Of a DNA stretch of 64,000 nt, positions 8,918 through 18,539 are shown one piece after another. The notes beneath the pieces are model-generated. The model did not search any database. It saw only the letters and a list, made by a program, of their open reading frames with translations, and was not told where the DNA came from. Source of the DNA: Chthoniobacteraceae bacterium (lineage in GTDB: Bacteria; Verrucomicrobiota; Verrucomicrobiia; Chthoniobacterales; Chthoniobacteraceae); contig JBEBGD010000006.1 of the NCBI GenBank assembly GCA_040081625.1, forward strand, positions 32,001 to 96,000, written 5' to 3'. The number at the start of each line of letters is the position of its first letter. Positions within the stretch are counted from its first letter, which is position 1. The translations under genes and the position numbers were made by a program.

Positions 8918-10147
8918 CTAATTCTTCGGCACCGGGCCGCTCGATCCCCGCTCGACCAGTTTCACAGGCAGCGTGACCGTGCGCGCTTCCGGCAGCCCGT
9001 CGAAACGTGTGAGCCGATCGATTTCGACCACTCCGCGCGCGGCCATGTCCTCGTAGGGCAAATGGACCGTCGTTAGCGCGGGCAGCGACAATTCGCCGAG
9101 CGGATCGCCGCCGCAACCGACCACGCTGAGTTGCGCAGGGACGCGCAGTCCGCGTTGCTGCGCGCGGGCGATGATGCCGGCAGCGACAGCGTCGCTCAGG
9201 CAATAGATCGCAGTCGGCGTCGGCTGCCGGTCGAGCAGCGTGTCGGCGGCGGCCACGCCGGCGGAAAAGGTCAGCTCGCCATAGACGACGTGCTGCGTCT
9301 CCAGCGGCACCTGCAATTTATCGAGCGCGACGCGCACGCCGCGGTTGTATTCGTGGATCGCGGGCTCCGAAGTGCCGAATGGGCCGGACACCAGCGCGAT
9401 CTTCCTGTGCCCGAGCGCGACGAGGTGCTCGAGCGCGACCTGCGAAGCCGCGGGAAAATCCGGCACGATGCAGACGACCCCTGGCAGATTCAGGCTCGTG
9501 CCGAGAAGGACATAGGGCAGGCCGCGCTTCGTGATCGTGTGGATGAGCGAGAGATTTGGATGGCCGAAGCTCAAGAATTTCGCCGCCACACCGACGCGCA
9601 CCGGCGGCGGTAGCAGGGCCGGCTGCGCCGCGTAGTCGATGTGAGTATCGTAGCGGGCGACGGTGAGCGCGCGCACGTCGTTCGGCACTGCGGCGACGGC
9701 GGCGCTGGAGACGCGCGCGAGGGCGGGCTCGACCGCGGCATTGCCAAGGTCGCGAGCAAGCAGGAGGCAGAATTCGCCCAACTCGGGATACATCCGCACC
9801 ACAGCGCGCAAATCGTTCGGCAGGTAGCCCATTTCGCGGCAGACCCGGAACACGCGCTCGCGCGTTTTTTCGCTCACTCGGATGCCGTAGTCGCGGTCGT
9901 TGAGCAGCGAGGAGATCGCACCCTGCGATACCCCGGCAGCCTTGGCGATTCCCGCCATCGTGATCGTGCTGGAAAAATCCGGCAGAGGCCGTGGCTGCCG
10001 TCCGCCCGCGGTCTCGCCCTGTCCGGGCGTTCCGGCCTCTTTTGGCGGATTTATGGGTGCAGGCTGCGAAGTCTTCGGCTTGGACACGAGATCAAGGGCG
10101 GACAGGAGAGTGGGTTTCGCGTGCAGGGTCGATCTGCACGCCTTCAC
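8918..10147 (-). CDS. LacI-family transcriptional regulator (start uncertain, may be downstream)
   Basis: HTH ITMAGIAKAAGVSQGAISSLLN; C-terminal PTAIYCLSD...RVPAQLSVVG...PALTTV. Confidence 0.9.
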   Translation of the reverse strand: MKACRSTLHAKPTLLSALDLVSKPKTSQPAPINPPKEAGTPGQGETAGGRQPRPLPDFSSTITMAGIAKAAGVSQGAISSLLNDRDYGIRVSEKTRERVFRVCREMGYLPNDLRAVVRMYPELGEFCLLLARDLGNAAVEPALARVSSAAVAAVPNDVRALTVARYDTHIDYAAQPALLPPPVRVGVAAKFLSFGHPNLSLIHTITKRGLPYVLLGTSLNLPGVVCIVPDFPAASQVALEHLVALGHRKIALVSGPFGTSEPAIHEYNRGVRVALDKLQVPLETQHVVYGELTFSAGVAAADTLLDRQPTPTAIYCLSDAVAAGIIARAQQRGLRVPAQLSVVGCGGDPLGELSLPALTTVHLPYEDMAARGVVEIDRLTRFDGLPEARTVTLPVKLVERGSSGPVPKN

Positions 10148-10228
10148 TGGCTAACGCCGATAACCGTCAGCGCCAGTATTTTCCCCAATGATTTTGCAAT
10201 CCGTGCCCCGTCCCGCTCACATCCGCGC

Positions 10229-11584
10229 ATGAACTCGCCCGCCACCCGTCGCAGATTCCTCAAGTCCGCCGGACTCGCCGCCGGCGCCGGCATCCTCGCC
10301 CAGCCGGCGGGAGCGGCGGCGCCGTCGCTCGAAACCGATGTGCTCGTGTGCGGCGGCGGCTGCGCTGGCCTGGCCGCGGCGCTCTCCGCCGCGCGCAATG
10401 GCAAGCGCACGCTGCTCATCGAGCGAGCGGGCTTTGCCGGCGGGATCATCACCGCGGCGGGGCTGCCCTTCTTCGACGGCATCGCCGACATCAAGGACAA
10501 CCGCGTCATCGTCCGAGGCATCGCGCTCGAGCTGCTCGCGAAATCCGGCATCTGCGCACCGGACGCGACGCACGTGGACAAGCACAACCCGACCATTCGC
10601 AACGTCGAGGCCTTCAAGCTCCTCGCCGACCGCCTGCTCGCTGCGGAGAAGAGCCTGCGCGTTCTGTATCACTCGATGGCATGCGGCGTGGAGATGGATG
10701 GCAAGCGCATCGCGGCGGTGCTCGTCGCGAACAAGGCCGGGCTCACGCGCATCCGCGCGAAAGTCGTCATCGACTGCACCGGCGACGCCGACATCGCCGC
10801 GTGGGCCGGCGCGCCGACCGAGAAAGCGCCCGAGCTTCAGCCGCTCACGCTCCACTTCCGCGTCGGCAACGTGACGAAGACGCCCGACCTCTCGAAGAAC
10901 TGCCGCGCCGCGCTTGAGAAGGCGCACGAGCGTGGCGAGCTGCCGATGTTTTTCGGCCCCGGCATCATGTTCATGTTTGCGCCGAATGAGATCTACGTTC
11001 ACGGCATCCGCGTGCCCGCCGATGCGAGCGATCCCGCCGAACTCACACGCGCCGAGATGCAAGGCCGCTCCGATGCGTGGGCGATGTTCGAGGCGTGGAA
11101 GCGCGACGTGCCCGGCTTCGAGGACTCGTATTTTCAAAGCGCCTCGCCCTTCATCGGCGTGCGCGAGACGCGCCGCATCGTCGGCCAGCACGTGCTCACC
11201 GAGGACGAGATCATGGCGACGAAACCCTTCGACGACGCGATCGCCACCGGCTGCTGGTATCTCGACGTGCATCCAAACAAGGTGACGCTGGGCAGCGCCA
11301 ACGCCGTGCCCAAGCAGCAGCCCGCGCCCTACGACATCCCCTATCGCTCGCTCGTGCCGAAAAATGTCAGCAACCTGCTCGTCGCCGGCCGCTGCCACTC
11401 GACCACGCGCCTCGCGCAGAGCAGCACGCGCGTAACCGTCACCGCGATGGCGCTGGGCGAAGCCGCCGCCGTCGCCGCCGCGCTATCCATCAAGGGAGGC
11501 GTGAGCCCGCAAAAGCTCGACGGCAAAACCGTGCGCAAAGCATTGCGCAAACAAAATGCCGGTCCGATGCAAGACCTCGCGTAG
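10229..11584 (+). CDS. Tat-exported FAD-dependent oxidoreductase
   Basis: Twin-arginine signal TRRRFLK; DVLVCGGGCAG; IDCTGDAD; VRETRRI; YDIPYRSL...NLLVAGRC. Confidence 0.9.
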   Translation: MNSPATRRRFLKSAGLAAGAGILAQPAGAAAPSLETDVLVCGGGCAGLAAALSAARNGKRTLLIERAGFAGGIITAAGLPFFDGIADIKDNRVIVRGIALELLAKSGICAPDATHVDKHNPTIRNVEAFKLLADRLLAAEKSLRVLYHSMACGVEMDGKRIAAVLVANKAGLTRIRAKVVIDCTGDADIAAWAGAPTEKAPELQPLTLHFRVGNVTKTPDLSKNCRAALEKAHERGELPMFFGPGIMFMFAPNEIYVHGIRVPADASDPAELTRAEMQGRSDAWAMFEAWKRDVPGFEDSYFQSASPFIGVRETRRIVGQHVLTEDEIMATKPFDDAIATGCWYLDVHPNKVTLGSANAVPKQQPAPYDIPYRSLVPKNVSNLLVAGRCHSTTRLAQSSTRVTVTAMALGEAAAVAAALSIKGGVSPQKLDGKTVRKALRKQNAGPMQDLA

Positions 11585-11589
11585 CGCGC

Positions 11590-12387
11590 TTACTGCGCCG
11601 CGCAGGCTTTGCGGATGAACTCCACGACCGGCGCCGGGTCGGGCAGGCCGTGGGGATGGTGCCCGCCGCCGGGCTTGGCGATGAGCGTGATCTCGCCGCC
11701 GAGCGCGCGATACCGCTCCGCGAGAACGAGCGTATTTTCATCCGACGGCACGGCGTCGTCCGCGTCGCCATAGACGTGGATGATAGGGATCTTCGCGGCG
11801 GCGATCGGCGCGAGGATGTCGATCGGGCTGCCCTTCCACGCGAGCGCGGCGGCTTCGTCCGCGAGCCCGAAGACTTCCATCGCCAGCTTCCAGTCGCGCG
11901 GGCTGCCCTTGCCTTTGCCCTTGCCGCCGGGCCAGCTCTTGAGGTCGCACACGGGCGCGTCGCCGTAGATGCACGCGACCTTGTCCGGGTTCGCGGCGGC
12001 CCACGCGTAGCAGTAGAGCCCGCCGCGGCTCATGCCGAGCAGTGCCGCCTTTTTCGCGAAGCCGTATCTGCCGGTCAGCTCCGCGTAGAAGGCGTCCCAG
12101 TGCTTCATCGCCGACGGCGCGCCGAATTTGTTTTGATCTTGCAGATACACGACGTGAAAACCGTGCCCGAGCAACGCGATGTCTGCATTCGGAAACGCGC
12201 CGAAAAACTCCCCGCGCCACAGCCACGGTTTGCCAGGCGCGGCTTGCTTCGGCGCGACGACGATCACCGGCTTCGTGTCCACGGTGAAGTCGTAGCGGTC
12301 GTAGCCATTCCACGCGGTTTTCTTTCCGGGGAAGTCGTCGGCGTGAGCGGTGAGGGCGAGCGCGAGGAGCAGGAGCGGGCGGGTCAT
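11590..12387 (-). CDS. Secreted alpha/beta hydrolase
   Basis: Signal peptide MTRPLLLLALALTAHA; nucleophile elbow GMSRGG; GDADDAV; HHPHG. Confidence 0.85.
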   Translation of the reverse strand: MTRPLLLLALALTAHADDFPGKKTAWNGYDRYDFTVDTKPVIVVAPKQAAPGKPWLWRGEFFGAFPNADIALLGHGFHVVYLQDQNKFGAPSAMKHWDAFYAELTGRYGFAKKAALLGMSRGGLYCYAWAAANPDKVACIYGDAPVCDLKSWPGGKGKGKGSPRDWKLAMEVFGLADEAAALAWKGSPIDILAPIAAAKIPIIHVYGDADDAVPSDENTLVLAERYRALGGEITLIAKPGGGHHPHGLPDPAPVVEFIRKACAAQ

Positions 12388-12425
12388 GCCGCGAGCGAAG
12401 CACGGCGGCGCCGTGCGCGACAAGC

Positions 12426-13739
12426 TCAGCGTTCCAGCCGCACCGCGCGCACGCGCACGGAGTCGCCCGCGCCTCCGGGTGGATCGAGGCGCAGGCTCGT
12501 GATCGCGCCGCGCCAGCCGGGAGCATCCGCGAGCGGCACGCGCACCTCGCGGAATTCGCCGTCGCCATTCACCGCGAAGCTCAGCGAGCGGTCGGGCGAG
12601 GTCGCATCGTCGGCGAGCGTGGTCCAGAAGACGTGCGCCGTTTTCCCCGCGGAGCGGAAGGCGGCGTCGATCACGAGCACGCCCGCGTCTTCCGCACGGC
12701 AGTGAAAGGAGGGGCTGCGGAGCTGCGGGTCGTCGCCGGTGAAATGGATGGCGAGTTCGCCCGCGATCGGCCAGCCGGCATCGGCGGCGTGCGCGTAGTG
12801 CCAGCCCTGCCGGTCCGCCGCGAAGCGCCACGCGGGCAGTCCGCGCGACCGCCGCGCGAGCACATGCGCGCGGATTTCCTCCACGGTGCCGAGCACCAGC
12901 TCGTAGCGGTATTCGTGGACGATATCGTGGTCGAGCACCTCGAGCCGCAGCGGCGCGAGGTAGCCGCACGGCGCGTCCTTCGCCCCGCCCGCGCCGGCCT
13001 TCCCGCTGAAGCCGCCGGTGAATCGCACGCAGTCGGGATTCCACACGCCGAGGCCCCAGCCTGCGTCGTTCACGAGCGCGGACCAGCCTTCCGGCGCGAT
13101 CCATCGCGTCCACTCCGGCGGGCCTTTCGGCTCGATCGCGCCCGTGCTCGTGACGATGCGGTGAAAGGGCGCATTCGTATAAACCGCGGGCAGCTCCTGC
13201 CCGCGCGCGGGATACTGCGTGCGGTCGGCGCGCGCATTTGTGAGCCGGCACCGCGCGCGCACCGCGGCGCCGTCGAGTTCGAGCCAGCTCTCGAAGGTGC
13301 AGTCGCCCGGCACGTCGTCGAGCGGCCACTGCATGGGGATGCACTTCACGTGGATCGTGCGCCCATCATTGCGATGCTCGAGCACCCGCGAGCCGTGGCC
13401 GAAGTCGTCGCCCGCTTGGATCGGATTCCACCCGAGCCCTTCCCAGTATTTCGCGGGCCGCTTGTCGCCGACGATGAAAGGGATCGGCCCGGAGTAATAA
13501 GACATCTGCACCTGCCGCCCCCAATCGTGGCTGTTGATCACGTTTTCCCCGCTGCCCGAAAGCGAGAGCCACGTGATGGCGCCGCCGAGCGCGAGGTCCG
13601 CGCCGAGGCGGATCGTGCCGTTGTCGAGCCAGCTCATCTCCGGCACGTGCGGGCGCGGCGCGGCGACGACCGGCGCGAGTGCGGGAGCGATCGAGAGGAG
13701 AACGACCGCAGCTCCGAAAGGACGGAGCGCGCTGCTCAC
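12426..13739 (-). CDS. Secreted hypothetical protein (possibly carbohydrate-active)
   Basis: Signal peptide; NVINSHDWGRQVQMSYY and WNPIQAGD motifs; C-terminal CBM-like WRGAITSLRLDP; start overlaps upstream stop. Confidence 0.7.
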   Translation of the reverse strand: MSSALRPFGAAVVLLSIAPALAPVVAAPRPHVPEMSWLDNGTIRLGADLALGGAITWLSLSGSGENVINSHDWGRQVQMSYYSGPIPFIVGDKRPAKYWEGLGWNPIQAGDDFGHGSRVLEHRNDGRTIHVKCIPMQWPLDDVPGDCTFESWLELDGAAVRARCRLTNARADRTQYPARGQELPAVYTNAPFHRIVTSTGAIEPKGPPEWTRWIAPEGWSALVNDAGWGLGVWNPDCVRFTGGFSGKAGAGGAKDAPCGYLAPLRLEVLDHDIVHEYRYELVLGTVEEIRAHVLARRSRGLPAWRFAADRQGWHYAHAADAGWPIAGELAIHFTGDDPQLRSPSFHCRAEDAGVLVIDAAFRSAGKTAHVFWTTLADDATSPDRSLSFAVNGDGEFREVRVPLADAPGWRGAITSLRLDPPGGAGDSVRVRAVRLER

Positions 13740-15067
13740 TTCGCCGGCACGAGCTTCATCACGACGCCGGTCGCGCCGTCCGGGCCGGGCACCGTGCTGC
13801 CCGTCACATACAGCTCGCCGCTCGCGTCCTGGCCGAAGCCTTTCGCGAGGAAGCCGAGCGGGCGGTCGTCGGCGCCGATCTTAAACTCGTGGATGCTCCC
13901 GGTCGCGATGCTGCCGTAGAACAGGCGCCCGGTCGGCGTCTTCTCCGGCGTGCGGTAGTCTGCGAAAACATAGAGGCCCGTGAGCGCCGGGAGCGCCTTG
14001 CCGCGATAGACGTAGCCGCCGGTGATCGAAGTGCCGTCGTTGTGATCGTATTGCAGCACCGGGTCGCTGAGCCCCGGCGGGAGATCGGGGCCGGGCAGCT
14101 CGATCAAGCCGGTCGGATGAAAACGGAACGTGCCCTCCTTCAACCGCCAGCCGTAATTCCCGCCGCGCTCGACGCGATGCACCATCTCGATTTTGTTTTG
14201 CCCGACATCCGCCGCGAGCAGCGTCGGACCATCGAAGCAAAACCGCCACGGATTGCGCAGGCCGATCGCGTAAATCTCCCGCGCACCGCCGCCCTGCGCG
14301 AACGGATTGTCCTTCGGGATGCCGTAGTTCTTGTTGGCGGAATCGGTCCCGTTCACGTCGATGCGCAGCATTTTCCCGAGCAGGACGTTCCGGTCCTGGC
14401 CGTTGCCGGTCTCGGGATTGTGCCCCGGCCCCACATCGAGCGCGCTGCCGCCATCGCCCATGCCGATGTAGAGAAATCCGTCCGGCCCGAACTCGATCAT
14501 GCCGCCGTTGTGATTGAACTGCGGCTGGTCGATGCGCAGCAATTCGCGCCGCGACGCTGGATCGACGCGCCGGCCATCGGCGGCGACCTTCCACGACGCG
14601 AGCACGCTTTGATGATCCGCTGGCGTGGTGCCGTGGACGATCGGGAAATCGGTGCGCCCGGCCAGCGGCTCGCTCGTGTAGGTGAAGACGCGTCGATGCC
14701 CCGGACGGCCCGCGGTTTTGTAATCCGGATCGAACGCCAGCCCGAGCAGCCCGCGCTCGTCGAACTGCTTCTTCAACGTCGCCAGTCGCCCGCTCACATC
14801 GAGCCACGGCTCGGCTGCGAGCGTGCCGGCATCGATCACGCGCACGAGGCCGACTTGATCGACGACCAGAAGCCGCTGCGTCTCTCCCGGGACCGCGACG
14901 AGCAAAACCGGCGAGACCAATCCCTGCGCCACTGGCTGCAGCTCGACGGTGATCCCGCCTTTCGGGATGCGCTCTGGAATGGGGTCATCGATGGGCTTCA
15001 CCTGCGCGGCCAGCGGAACGGACGCGGCGATGAGAAGCACGGCGGGCGGGAGGATTCGCGAGAACAT
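13736..15067 (-). CDS. PQQ-dependent glucose/sorbosone dehydrogenase family protein
   Basis: ERGLLGLAFDP, NHNGG, FGPDGFLYIGMGDGG, GLRNPWR, ADVGQ, GGNYGW. Confidence 0.9.
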   Translation of the reverse strand: MFSRILPPAVLLIAASVPLAAQVKPIDDPIPERIPKGGITVELQPVAQGLVSPVLLVAVPGETQRLLVVDQVGLVRVIDAGTLAAEPWLDVSGRLATLKKQFDERGLLGLAFDPDYKTAGRPGHRRVFTYTSEPLAGRTDFPIVHGTTPADHQSVLASWKVAADGRRVDPASRRELLRIDQPQFNHNGGMIEFGPDGFLYIGMGDGGSALDVGPGHNPETGNGQDRNVLLGKMLRIDVNGTDSANKNYGIPKDNPFAQGGGAREIYAIGLRNPWRFCFDGPTLLAADVGQNKIEMVHRVERGGNYGWRLKEGTFRFHPTGLIELPGPDLPPGLSDPVLQYDHNDGTSITGGYVYRGKALPALTGLYVFADYRTPEKTPTGRLFYGSIATGSIHEFKIGADDRPLGFLAKGFGQDASGELYVTGSTVPGPDGATGVVMKLVPAK

Positions 15068-15134
15068 GCCGCAGAGAAAGATGGTGCTGCTCTCCGGGGC
15101 AAGTGCGATCGCGCGGGCTCAATCCGACGAGCGG

Positions 15135-15962
15135 TCAGGCGATGCCGTAGAAGCGCGCCGCGTTTCCGCCGAAGAGCGCTGCTTGCTGCGCGGGATCAAG
15201 GTGCGCCGCGTAGTCGTGCACGAGGCCGAAGGTCTCCGGATAGCTGCCCGAGAGCAGGCACACGGGCCAGTCGCTGCCGAACATCAACCGCTCGACTCCG
15301 AACGCCTCGAGCACCACGTCGAGATACGGGCGGAAATCCTCCGCGCGCCACGCGCCATGCCGCGCCTCGGTCACCATGCCGCTGACTTTGCACATCACGT
15401 TCGGCGATTTCGCCAGCTCGCGGATCTGCGCCGCCCACGGCTCGACCGTGCCGTCCTTGATGAGCGGCTTTGCGATGTGATCGAGCACGAAGGGCTGCTC
15501 GGGAAAACGCCGCGCCAGCTCGATCGCGGCAGGGAGTTGCTTCGGAAAAATCAGGATGTCGTAGGCCAGGCCGAACGCCTTCAACTTCCCGATGCCGCGC
15601 AGGAAATCCGCGCCGAGCATGAACTGATCGTCCGGCTCATCCTGCACGACATGGCGCACGCCGCGGAACTTCGCGTGCGGCGCGAACTCCGCGAGCTGCT
15701 CCTCCACGCGCTCGCTGCGCAAGTCCACCCAGCCCACGACGCCGCGGATGATCGGCGCGTGATCCGCGAGCGTGAGCAGCCAGCGCGATTCCTCGACCGT
15801 CTGCCGCGCCTGCACGGCGATGCAGCCATCGAGCCCCGCGGCGGCGAGCAGCGGCGCGAGATCGTCCGGCAGCCAGTCGCGGTGCAGCGGCGAGCCTTGC
15901 GGGATCCACGGATATTGCGCGGCGTCGTAGCTCCAGAAGTGCTGGTGTGAGTCGAGGCGCAT
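15135..15962 (-). CDS. Amidohydrolase-family sugar lactonase (L-fuconolactonase-like)
   Basis: DSHQHFW, VLDHIAKP, CKVSG, RLMFGSDWPVC. Confidence 0.88.
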   Translation of the reverse strand: MRLDSHQHFWSYDAAQYPWIPQGSPLHRDWLPDDLAPLLAAAGLDGCIAVQARQTVEESRWLLTLADHAPIIRGVVGWVDLRSERVEEQLAEFAPHAKFRGVRHVVQDEPDDQFMLGADFLRGIGKLKAFGLAYDILIFPKQLPAAIELARRFPEQPFVLDHIAKPLIKDGTVEPWAAQIRELAKSPNVMCKVSGMVTEARHGAWRAEDFRPYLDVVLEAFGVERLMFGSDWPVCLLSGSYPETFGLVHDYAAHLDPAQQAALFGGNAARFYGIA

Positions 15963-15965
15963 GGC

Positions 15966-16988
15966 TCAGGAGACGGCGACGACGGCCTTGATCACACGCG
16001 ACTCGGGCTTCAGCCACGTCGGGAAGGCGTCGATCATTTCATCGAAGCTCGCGCGGTGCGTGATCCACGGGCGCGTGTCGATCCTGCCGTCCTCGATCAG
16101 CTTGATGATGCGCGTGAAGTCGGGCGGGAGCGCGTTGCGGCTGGCGAGCAGCGTGAGCTCGCGGCGGTGCATGATCGGCGCGTGCGGGAAGGTGAGGTCG
16201 GACTGCGTGATGCCGACATAGACGACGCGACCGGAGAACGCGGCGAGGTTGAAGCACGCGGTCATCGACTTGTTCGAGCCGGTGGCATCGACGATCACGT
16301 CGGCCATCGCGCTGCCGGTTTGCTCGCGCAATTTCTCCAGCTCGGTGCCGTCGGCGAGCAGCGTGTCGGGCACGCCCATCGTGTCGCGGACGAAGGCGAG
16401 GCGTTGCTCGTTGATGTCGAGCACGAAGGTGCGCGCGCCGCTGAGCTTCGCGAACTCGATGACGCTCAACCCGATCGGGCCGGCGCCGATGACGAGCACG
16501 TTTTCGCCGGGTTGCGGGTTGCCGCGGTTCACGGCGTGGCAGCCGATGGCGAGCGTCTCGACGAGCGCGCATTGCTCGGGGGTGAGCGCGTTGGCGGGGT
16601 GGAGTTTTTCGGCGCGGATGAGGATGCGCTCGGTCATGCCGCCGTCGGACATCACGCCGATGACCTTGAGCTGCTCGCAGCAATTCGTCGCGCCCTTGCG
16701 GCACGGATGGCACTGGCCGCAATTCATGTAGGGCTCGACCGAGCAGCGGTCGCCGACCTTCACGTTGCGCACGCCATCGCCGATCGCGAGCACTTCGACG
16801 CCGAGCTCGTGACCGGGGATGCGCGGGTAGGAAAAGAACGGCATCTTGCCGAGGTAACCGGAGTAGTCGGTGCCGCAGATGCCGATGCGGTCGATGCGCA
16901 CGAGCGCCTGGCCGGCGCCGGGTGCGGCGGGTTCGGGGATGTCGATGCGGCGGAAGGTCTGCGGTTGATCGAGCGAAATGGCTTTCAT
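15966..16988 (-). CDS. Zinc-binding sugar-acid dehydrogenase (L-galactonate/L-gulonate dehydrogenase-like)
   Basis: GICGTD, GHE, Cys cluster CGQCHPCRKGATNCC, GAGPIG, SRNA. Start MKAISL. Confidence 0.88.
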   Translation of the reverse strand: MKAISLDQPQTFRRIDIPEPAAPGAGQALVRIDRIGICGTDYSGYLGKMPFFSYPRIPGHELGVEVLAIGDGVRNVKVGDRCSVEPYMNCGQCHPCRKGATNCCEQLKVIGVMSDGGMTERILIRAEKLHPANALTPEQCALVETLAIGCHAVNRGNPQPGENVLVIGAGPIGLSVIEFAKLSGARTFVLDINEQRLAFVRDTMGVPDTLLADGTELEKLREQTGSAMADVIVDATGSNKSMTACFNLAAFSGRVVYVGITQSDLTFPHAPIMHRRELTLLASRNALPPDFTRIIKLIEDGRIDTRPWITHRASFDEMIDAFPTWLKPESRVIKAVVAVS

Positions 16989-17066
16989 CGGAGGGCGCGC
17001 ATGGTGAATGAAATTGACGCGGCGCAAAGCGTTTCGTTTCTCGCCCCGTCAACTACGTCACATGCA

Positions 17067-18155
17067 ATGCGCCTCTCCTTCTTCTGCTTCTTCCTCAGCT
17101 TCATCGCCGCTGCTCCCGCCGAAATGAAACGCTCACTCTGCTGCAAGACGCCCGAGGGTGAGCCCGTCGAGATCTTCACGCTCACGAACGCACACGGGTT
17201 GCGCGCGCGGGTGCTCTCATGGGGCGCGACGCTCAGCGAGATGAGCGTGCCCGATCGCGCCGGGAAGCTCGCGGACGTGACGCTCGGCTTCGACGAACCG
17301 GAGCGCTATCTCCAGCCGCATCCGGCCTTCGGCATCATCGCCGGTCGCTTCGCGAACCGGATCGCGCTCGGAAAGTTCGCGCTCGACGGCCGCACTTACC
17401 AGCTCGCGACGAACAACGGCCCGAATCATCTCCACGGCGGAATGCGCGGCTTCGACAAATACGTCTGGCGCGCGGAGCCCGTGGGCACGAGCGCGGTGCG
17501 GTTCACGCATGTGAGCGCCGACGGCGACGAAGGCTACCCTGGCAAGCTCACGGTGAGCGTCACCTACACGCTCACGGAGGCCGATGAACTGCGGCTCGAC
17601 TACACGGCGACGACGAATGCGCCGACGGTGCTCAACCTCACCAACCACGCCTACTGGAACCTCGGCGACAGCGCGGACGTGCTCGCTCACACGCTGCTGT
17701 TGAATGCGTCGCGCTACACGGTCGTCGATGCGAGCAGCATCCCGACCGGCGAGCTGCGCGCGGTCGCGGGCACGCCGATGAATTTCACGAAGGCCAAGCC
17801 GATCGGTCGCGACATCGCCGCGCTCAAGGACGCGCCCGGCGGCGGATTCGATCACAACTGGGTCATCGACTCGCCGCGCCCCGGCGGCTTCGCGCTCGCG
17901 GCGGAGGCGCATGATCCGGCCTCGGGCCGCGTGATGCGCGTGTCCACCGATCAGCCCGGCGTGCAGTTCTACACCGGCAACTATCTCAAGTCCGTCGCCG
18001 GTCGCTCCGGCCGCATCTACGAAAAGCACGCGGGCTTCTGCCTCGAGACGCAACACTTCCCCGACTCGCCGAATCAGCCCGCGTTCCCGAGCACGGTGCT
18101 TCGGCCGGGGCAGACTTTCCGCAGCACGACCGTGCACGCGTTCAGCGTGCGGTAG
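17067..18155 (+). CDS. galM: Aldose 1-epimerase (mutarotase), signal peptide
   Basis: GRFANRI, NHLHGG, NLTNHAYWNL, FDHNW, QFYTGN, CLETQHFPDSPN. Confidence 0.93.
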   Translation: MRLSFFCFFLSFIAAAPAEMKRSLCCKTPEGEPVEIFTLTNAHGLRARVLSWGATLSEMSVPDRAGKLADVTLGFDEPERYLQPHPAFGIIAGRFANRIALGKFALDGRTYQLATNNGPNHLHGGMRGFDKYVWRAEPVGTSAVRFTHVSADGDEGYPGKLTVSVTYTLTEADELRLDYTATTNAPTVLNLTNHAYWNLGDSADVLAHTLLLNASRYTVVDASSIPTGELRAVAGTPMNFTKAKPIGRDIAALKDAPGGGFDHNWVIDSPRPGGFALAAEAHDPASGRVMRVSTDQPGVQFYTGNYLKSVAGRSGRIYEKHAGFCLETQHFPDSPNQPAFPSTVLRPGQTFRSTTVHAFSVR

Positions 18156-18158
18156 GGA

Positions 18159-18437
18159 TCAGCCGCGCGAGCGGACCTTTTCCTTCTTCTCCTCGGCGTC
18201 CTCGGTCAGCCGCCGGATGTCGATGGTGAGCTGCTTCTCGAGTTGCTCCGCCTCCTCGTCCTTTCCGTCAAAGCGCGCCTTGGCGATCTGGTCGCGCAGG
18301 AAGACTTCGCGCTCGGCGATCTTGGCTTTGAGCTGCGAGTCGATCTCGGCGATCTCGGCCTTCTGCTTCGCGGTCATCTTGTGAGTCGGCGACGCTTTCT
18401 CGAGGCGCTCCATGGCGAGTTCGTAGGCTGATTTCAT
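18159..18437 (-). CDS. Small helical hypothetical protein (MKSAYELAMERL...)
   Basis: 92-aa charged helical ORF with typical codon usage filling the intergenic gap. Confidence 0.75.
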   Translation of the reverse strand: MKSAYELAMERLEKASPTHKMTAKQKAEIAEIDSQLKAKIAEREVFLRDQIAKARFDGKDEEAEQLEKQLTIDIRRLTEDAEEKKEKVRSRG

Positions 18438-18539
18438 GCGCGCACCATGCAGCGCGATGGCCGCGTTGCCAAGTTTCCGAACGAACTGAAAAGATAAATC
18501 TCGCCTCGGGGTTATCCGCGGTGACGAATCCCGCCCGAC

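Noticed and set aside
9641..10228. N-terminal extension of the FAD oxidoreductase ORF
   Set aside because: Overlaps LacI on the other strand; the Tat signal defines the start at 10229.
12388..13344. Long N-terminal extension of the 11590 hydrolase ORF
   Set aside because: Arg/Ala-rich off-frame read through the neighbouring gene; signal peptide begins at 12387.
16056..17066. Apparent 699-aa GalM fusion
   Set aside because: First 337 codons are antisense to the Zn dehydrogenase; real start at 17067.
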